A program made the position numbers and the translations under genes. The notes beneath the pieces are model-generated. The model did no database searches and was not told where the DNA came from. It saw only the letters and a list, made by a program, of their open reading frames with translations. Positions 25,706 through 32,000 of a stretch of 32,000 bases of DNA are shown piece after piece. Source of the DNA: Psychrobacter sp. DM4 (GTDB lineage: Bacteria; Pseudomonadota; Gammaproteobacteria; Pseudomonadales; Moraxellaceae); the NCBI RefSeq assembly GCF_051307035.1, contig NZ_CP195536.1, positions 1,470,001-1,502,000 on the forward strand, read 5' to 3'. Position 1 is the stretch's first letter. Every line of letters starts with the position of its first letter.

Positions 25706-27103
25706 ATGGCAAATGATACGTCTAGACCGTCTGATAATAAAAAATCAATTGATAATCTAAAGACCTCTGGATTTGAACGCCGGATGTCTATCGCCAAGAC
25801 CTCCTTAAACATTGGTCGCCGCTGGGCTGGCAACAGTATGTCCGGAATGTTTTTGGATAAGCAAACTCGAGACAAGCGTAATCAGGCATTTATGGAAGCG
25901 CAGGCCAATTACGTCGCAGAAGAGCTGGGGAAGTTAAAAGGCTCTGTAGTCAAAATCGGTCAAATGCTAGCGCTGTATGGCGAGCATGTCCTCCCACCTG
26001 AGATAACTCGCGCTTTGCAAACCCTGAATGATGATACCGCAACTTTGGCTTGGCCAAAGATTGAGCAGACGCTACGCCGTACGTTAGGTGATAAATTAGG
26101 TGATCTTGATGTTGATACTATCCCTATCGGTACGGCGTCGCTGGCACAAGTACACCGTGCCACGATTATTGCGACAGGCGAGCAAGTTGTTTTAAAAATA
26201 CAATATCCAGGCGTTGCCGATGCTATCGATTCTGATTTAGCATTGTTTAAACGCCTGCTAAAAGTGAGTAACGCAGTACCACAGACTCGAGCTTTAGATA
26301 CTTGGTTTGAGGAGATCCGTGACCTGCTTCACCGTGAAGTGGATTACAACGTCGAAGCTGCCACTACTGAGCGCTTTTACGGTCGCCTAAAAGATGACCC
26401 CCGTTACTCTGTGCCGAAGATTATCCGTGACTACTCAAGCCAACGTCTATTATGTATGTCGTTTGAGTCCGGAGTTTCGGTCACCTCAGATGTATTGCAA
26501 GCACTTCCTCATGAACGTCGTAATGCTATTGGCCAAGCCGCGATTGAGATCATGATGCAAGAGATCTTTGTATGGGGTGAGATGCAGACGGATCCAAACT
26601 TTGGTAATTACCTGGTTCGTATTAGTGATGACGCACATGTGCCTGACAAATTGGTGCTATTAGACTTTGGTGCTATCCGTCAATTTGACAATGAGCTTTT
26701 GGTTATCGCACATGGTCTACTACGTGCAGGCTATCATCATGACCATCAAGCGATGAAAACCGCTATGACAGGGTACGACTTCTTCGATACGATGAGTAAC
26801 AAAGTAAGATCCGATGTCGCCTCGCTGTTTTTGCTCGCAACTGAACCCTTTAGCAACCCTAAACTCAATTCTGATATACCAGCCGATTGCCTTGATACTC
26901 TGAATCGATACATCTGGGCAAATAGCAAATTGCACTCACGAATTTCAACCGGTGCCAGCCGCGCTATGCAATCAGTTGAGTTCAATTTGCCACCAAAAGA
27001 ATTTATGTTTATCAGCCGCAAGTTTATTGGTGCCTATACTTTTTTGACAGTTATTGACGCGCATACTAATCCTGATACCTTGGTTAAGCCCTACCTTAAA
27101 TAG
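25706..27103 (+). CDS. ABC1/UbiB-family atypical kinase, COQ8/ADCK3-like subtype
   Basis: KxGQ motif VKIGQ, ABC1 signature ASLAQVHRA, VVLKIQYPG, catalytic loop MQTDPNFGNYL, LLDFGAIRQF. No obvious C-terminal transmembrane segment. The start codon lacks a clear Shine-Dalgarno sequence. Confidence 0.85.
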   Translation: MANDTSRPSDNKKSIDNLKTSGFERRMSIAKTSLNIGRRWAGNSMSGMFLDKQTRDKRNQAFMEAQANYVAEELGKLKGSVVKIGQMLALYGEHVLPPEITRALQTLNDDTATLAWPKIEQTLRRTLGDKLGDLDVDTIPIGTASLAQVHRATIIATGEQVVLKIQYPGVADAIDSDLALFKRLLKVSNAVPQTRALDTWFEEIRDLLHREVDYNVEAATTERFYGRLKDDPRYSVPKIIRDYSSQRLLCMSFESGVSVTSDVLQALPHERRNAIGQAAIEIMMQEIFVWGEMQTDPNFGNYLVRISDDAHVPDKLVLLDFGAIRQFDNELLVIAHGLLRAGYHHDHQAMKTAMTGYDFFDTMSNKVRSDVASLFLLATEPFSNPKLNSDIPADCLDTLNRYIWANSKLHSRISTGASRAMQSVEFNLPPKEFMFISRKFIGAYTFLTVIDAHTNPDTLVKPYLK

Positions 27104-27132
27104 TTAAACCTGTCTATTTGATATAATTTTTG

Positions 27133-27157
27133 AATCGCTCTTTAGGAGCGATTTTTA
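27133..27157 (+). terminator. Rho-independent terminator after the ABC1 kinase gene
   Basis: AATCGCTC (27133..27140) pairs with GAGCGATT (27146..27153), with a T-run to 27156. Confidence 0.65.
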
Positions 27158-27172
27158 GTGTAACAATTTAAC

Positions 27173-27186
27173 TGCTTAGGCTATTT
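27173..27186. repeat. Left copy of the direct repeat TGCTTAGGCTATTT flanking the methyltransferase gene
   Basis: Exact 14-mer also present at 27926..27939. Looser similarity extends on both sides (TTAAACCTG / TTTAACCTG and GTCAGATG / GTCTGATG). Confidence 0.6.
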
Positions 27187-27249
27187 TATTTAGTTATTGT
27201 CAGATGTATTATACTTAATAAGCTTCGATTACATCCAATCTTCTATCTA

Positions 27250-27903
27250 TCATATCTTGCTCCAATCATCGAACCTTGTACGGTAGCTCTCAGGCTTGAT
27301 CATAGTCAGTTGCCAACATGTCTCTCCACGTGCTAGATATTTAATTTCAAAATGCGTACGCTGGCTGTCTGTTGCGACTAGACGACGCTCTGTAGATAAT
27401 CGCCAAACTACAACAGCCTGCTGCTCAGCATCATCTATATAGGGTTCTATATTCGTTGCTAAAATAATCTTGCCACCTACTCTTAATCGAGATAACAAAA
27501 ACTCAAAGAATGGCATGTTTAGCCACTGCTGATTTGAGTTATGTTGCTCAGGATTAGGGTATAAAATATAGATTTCATCGACAGTATCAGGCGCTACTCC
27601 ATGTACAATCCATGCGATCGCATCAGCGTGTACTAAAGATAAATTCTCTAAATGGTCTACAGCAGCTAGTTTCGAAAAAGCCTCGAACTTATTGCGGGTG
27701 CGTTCTATAGCAATTATGTGTGTATCTAGATGGCCTTTGGCAAAACTGAGTGCATGCATTCCCTTCCCCGCACCAACCTCTAGGACAAGTCGATCATATT
27801 TTTTAGTAATTGATGATGTTTCAAAATTACGTGGTGCTGATAGCTTATCGGGCTGGAAGGGTCTATTCTTCAGATGGGATAATTCTTCTTCTTTTATAGT
27901 CAT
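27250..27903 (-). CDS. SAM-dependent methyltransferase, divergent TrmB (tRNA m7G46 methyltransferase) family
   Basis: 217 aa. SAM motif I LEVGAGKG. Collinear with E. coli TrmB, as I recall it, through IIAIE, LYPNP, GGKIILATN and THFE. The FPDPW-basic motif is replaced by YPNPEQHNSNQQW. Confidence 0.7.
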   Translation of the reverse strand: MTIKEEELSHLKNRPFQPDKLSAPRNFETSSITKKYDRLVLEVGAGKGMHALSFAKGHLDTHIIAIERTRNKFEAFSKLAAVDHLENLSLVHADAIAWIVHGVAPDTVDEIYILYPNPEQHNSNQQWLNMPFFEFLLSRLRVGGKIILATNIEPYIDDAEQQAVVVWRLSTERRLVATDSQRTHFEIKYLARGETCWQLTMIKPESYRTRFDDWSKI

Positions 27904-27925
27904 ATTTATTTAACCTGATTAGTAT

Positions 27926-27939
27926 TGCTTAGGCTATTT
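27926..27939. repeat. Right copy of the direct repeat TGCTTAGGCTATTT flanking the methyltransferase gene
   Basis: Exact match to 27173..27186. Confidence 0.6.
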
Positions 27940-28039
27940 CCATAGTGTCTGATGCTATAGATTTAGTCTGTATTTGTCTTTTAATCCGCGCATGCTATTA
28001 TAACGGCTCTTATTCATAGTTAATACTACGACCTTTATT

Positions 28040-28243
28040 ATGACTGAATCAAACTTGAACACTATCTTGAGCACTGTCCCAAAAACCTACCCCTGCCCGC
28101 GCTGTGGTACGCAAACCCCTTGGCAAGGTAACGCCTCTAAGCCATTTTGTAGCGAGCGTTGCAAGCTTATTGACTTGGGCGCTTGGGCTAGTGAAGAATA
28201 TACCTTACCTGCTGAGTCTACCCCCTTCTCCGATGAATTATAG
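28040..28243 (+). CDS. yacG: DNA gyrase inhibitor YacG (zinc-finger protein)
   Basis: 67 aa. CPRCG...[20 protein letters not shown] matches the YacG zinc ribbon and its conserved C-terminal block. Confidence 0.85.
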   Translation: MTESNLNTILSTVPKTYPCPRCGTQTPWQGNASKPFCSERCKLIDLGAWASEEYTLPAESTPFSDEL

Positions 28244-28361
28244 TTAAAAACAGCACTGCTATCGATAATAACGACTACCAGTGATACCTCGCTCTATTAG
28301 CATTTAGTTTACTTGTAGCACCTAAACCCAGACTTACCGTATTTATTAAAGGACTCATTAT

Positions 28362-29543
28362 ATGTCAGCGACTTATCTAATGCCCACCTATACTCGTCAG
28401 CCCGTTAGCTTCACTCATGGCTCTGGCAGTTGGCTATATACTAAAGATGAGACGCCCTATCTAGATGCACTCACAGGTATTGCGGTATGTGGTCTTGGTC
28501 ACTGTCACTCTCAGATTACAGAGGCTATCTCTGAGCAAGCAGCAACCCTAGTTCATACCAGTAATTTATTCGGTATCGATTGGCAAGAGCGCGCGGGCGA
28601 AGCGCTGTGCGTAGCGGCGCAAATGGATAGCGTGTTTTTTGCCAATAGTGGCGCGGAAGCTAATGAAGCGGCGCTTAAAATGGCGCGCTTGCATGCGCAT
28701 CAGCAAGGATTTAAGCGTCCCAAAGTTATCGTCATGGAACAGTCGTTTCATGGTCGTACTTTGTTGTCAGTATCGGCTACGGCCAACCCAAAAGCGCGTG
28801 AAGGGTTTTATACTTTGGATGAGGACTTTGTCCGTGTGCCTTTTGGTGATATAGACGCAGTTAGGCAGGCAGCGCAAGAGCATGAAGACATCTGCGCTAT
28901 CTTTGTTGAGCCTATACAAGGTGAAGGCGGTCTCAATACAGCTTCTAATGGCTTTACGTATTTAGAGGAGCTACAGGCAGAGTGCGACGCTCATAACTGG
29001 TTATTTATGCTCGATGAGGTCCAAACAGGTAATGGTCGTACGGGCCGGTACTTTGCTTATCAGCATAGTAAGGCACGTCCCGATGTACTCACTACCGCCA
29101 AAGGCTTGGGTAATGGGTTTCCTGTAGGGGCGTGTATGGTACGCGGGCGCGCAAAAAGTTTGTTCGGTGCTGGTAGTCATGGCTCAACTTATGGCGGTAC
29201 GCCGCTTGCTAGCCGCGTAGTGCATACTGTCTACGACTTACTTGCCAACAGCGATATCATGAATAATGCGGTTAGTGAGGGCCAGTTTATACGCGATAGC
29301 ATGACAGATGCTCTATCACAGTACGGCGTTAGTACGCGCGGCGCAGGTACTATGATCGGTATCGTGCTTCCTCAGACGATGGACTGTAGTAAACTTGTGG
29401 ATCGTGCCCGTGATGAGCAAAAACTTATCATCAACGTCACAGGCGGTCACGTCATTCGTTTATTACCGACTTTGAACATTAGCCGCGATGAGAGTGAGCA
29501 GGTCGTTGAGCGCTTACTAACGATGCTAAAGCCTATGCTATAA
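28362..29543 (+). CDS. argD: Acetylornithine aminotransferase (class-III PLP aminotransferase)
   Basis: 393 aa. N-terminus MPTYTRQPVSF..GSGSWLY, then NSGAEANEAALK, DEVQTG.GRTG, and the PLP-lysine context TTAKGLGNGFPVGA. AAGGA Shine-Dalgarno sequence upstream. Substrate assignment is by family resemblance only. Confidence 0.8.
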   Translation: MSATYLMPTYTRQPVSFTHGSGSWLYTKDETPYLDALTGIAVCGLGHCHSQITEAISEQAATLVHTSNLFGIDWQERAGEALCVAAQMDSVFFANSGAEANEAALKMARLHAHQQGFKRPKVIVMEQSFHGRTLLSVSATANPKAREGFYTLDEDFVRVPFGDIDAVRQAAQEHEDICAIFVEPIQGEGGLNTASNGFTYLEELQAECDAHNWLFMLDEVQTGNGRTGRYFAYQHSKARPDVLTTAKGLGNGFPVGACMVRGRAKSLFGAGSHGSTYGGTPLASRVVHTVYDLLANSDIMNNAVSEGQFIRDSMTDALSQYGVSTRGAGTMIGIVLPQTMDCSKLVDRARDEQKLIINVTGGHVIRLLPTLNISRDESEQVVERLLTMLKPML

Positions 29544-29578
29544 GCATACAAAACTCTTGGCACTCAAGATTTAAGTAC

Positions 29579-29609
29579 AAAAAACCTCTAAATAACTAGA
29601 GGTTTTTTT
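29579..29609. terminator. Bidirectional rho-independent terminator between argD and the LysR gene
   Basis: AACCTCTA (29583..29590) pairs with TAGAGGTT (29597..29604), with an A-run before and a T7 run after. It lies between convergent genes. Confidence 0.8.
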
Positions 29610-29633
29610 GTTGCTACTCTGAGGTTATCTATT

Positions 29634-30533
29634 TTAATTGGCATTGAAGTATTTTTTAAGTACTTCAAGACTTCGAGTAATTTTAGCAGGTTGCTGTTCA
29701 TGATTGAGCGTTACCGCATACAACACAAAACTTGGTAGCTGATAGCCGGTTAATACTTCAACTAAGTTGCCACTCTCAAGTTCACGCTTGATGTCCATCT
29801 CCATAATCCTGATCAATCCGTGACCTTCTTTGGCCAAAGTCATCGCCATAAAGACGTTATTAGTATGAATACGTGAATTCATTTTCATACGAGTCTTTTT
29901 ACCCGTTTCGGTATGCATCAGCTCAACTTGATTGGAATCTTTCATAATGTCAATCACAATCATTTGATGCTCTGCTAGATCCTTTGGGGTTTGTATCTTT
30001 TTATGCTGTCTTAGATACTGCGGTGAGGCCACTAGCATTTGACGGACATCGGATAAAGGGTGGTTACTCAAAGTGGAGTCATTGATATTTGGGCTCATAC
30101 GTATAGCAATGTCAATACGCTCATCAATCATATCAATATAGTGGTTGTCCGCCAGATAGGTAATGCTCAAATCATCATGCGCCGCCATCCAAGTGGATAA
30201 TGCCGGTAAGATATGATGGACACCCAATTCAGGCGTCGTCGCAATACGTAAACTACCAGCAAGCTCATCACGTAATTGATTGACTTTTATGCGGCCCTGC
30301 TCAGCAGCACTGACCATATCTTTTGCTGACTCATAAAAGCTCTCTCCCGCCTCTGTTAAGCTGAGCTTACGAGTTGAGCGATGAAGCAATACCACGCCCA
30401 GCTCGTTCTCTAATGAGCGTATTTGCTGACTGACAGCACTCGTTGTAATACCAAGCTCACGAGCTGAACCACTAAAAGAGCCGTGTCCGACAACGCTTGC
30501 GAACACGGCCATACCACGTAAATTGTCTAACAT
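29634..30533 (-). CDS. LysR-family transcriptional regulator
   Basis: 299 aa. N-terminal HTH FASVVGHGSFSGSARELGITTSAVSQQIRSLENELGVVLLHRSTRKLSLTEAG, followed by a LysR substrate-binding domain. Confidence 0.9.
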   Translation of the reverse strand: MLDNLRGMAVFASVVGHGSFSGSARELGITTSAVSQQIRSLENELGVVLLHRSTRKLSLTEAGESFYESAKDMVSAAEQGRIKVNQLRDELAGSLRIATTPELGVHHILPALSTWMAAHDDLSITYLADNHYIDMIDERIDIAIRMSPNINDSTLSNHPLSDVRQMLVASPQYLRQHKKIQTPKDLAEHQMIVIDIMKDSNQVELMHTETGKKTRMKMNSRIHTNNVFMAMTLAKEGHGLIRIMEMDIKRELESGNLVEVLTGYQLPSFVLYAVTLNHEQQPAKITRSLEVLKKYFNAN

Positions 30534-30777
30534 GTTCTCACCTAAGCTATGTTTTAGTTTTTAATATAACTTAACTAGTATAGCCGATATTAATTAATAG
30601 TACATAGTATAAATATAACCTTTAGGTCAAGAGCACTCTTTAAACTCAAAATATTCTCTATAAAATCAAATCAATAGTGAACTACTATTGGACTTTGTGA
30701 TAAAGAGTAGAGTGTAAAAGGTCATAGACTAAATACTTGCATACGTGAATCTATTGACAGCACTGTTTAGTTAAACT

Positions 30778-32000
<1,223 letters not shown>

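Overview
This window looks like ordinary core chromosome from an AT-leaning gammaproteobacterium. Gene content and protein similarities suggest Moraxellaceae or Psychrobacter, but that is inference only. The left 13 kb is a sulfur-assimilation supercluster. On the minus strand it holds cysA-cysW-cysT-cysP, a second tandem sulfate-binding paralog, and sat. On the plus strand it holds cysI-DUF934-cysH and then cysG. After that come sbcD-sbcC, a 1618-aa NAD-specific glutamate dehydrogenase, purD, a COQ8-like ABC1/UbiB kinase, a divergent TrmB-like methyltransferase, yacG, argD, a LysR regulator, and the 3' part of dnaX (tau), which runs off the right edge. An orphan ArsR-like regulator sits at the left end. 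Nine stem-loops are annotated as terminators: eight have flanking T and/or A runs, and 3566..3598 is a weaker stem-loop between cysP and cysT. I found no rRNA, tRNA, CRISPR array, transposase, integrase or recognisable defence or mobile system, and I do not claim a novel multi-gene system. The features most worth a second look are these. (1) Perfect 12-bp x19 and 6-bp x16 tandem arrays lie inside dnaX and encode a (PE)n(PIAE)n rod in the tau linker. (2) Phased TTGTRCT repeats, including a 21-bp tandem duplication and an overlapping Cys-rich 34-codon mini-ORF, lie between gdhB and purD. (3) The sulfur pathway has a non-enteric parts list: Sat, a one-cysteine CysH, CysI plus DUF934 with no CysJ or CysC in view, a CysA lacking its regulatory domain, and two lipoprotein binding proteins. 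(4) A TrmB-like methyltransferase has a degenerate signature motif and is bracketed by direct repeats. (5) Several housekeeping proteins carry lineage-specific low-complexity insertions (CysG, SbcD, DnaX).
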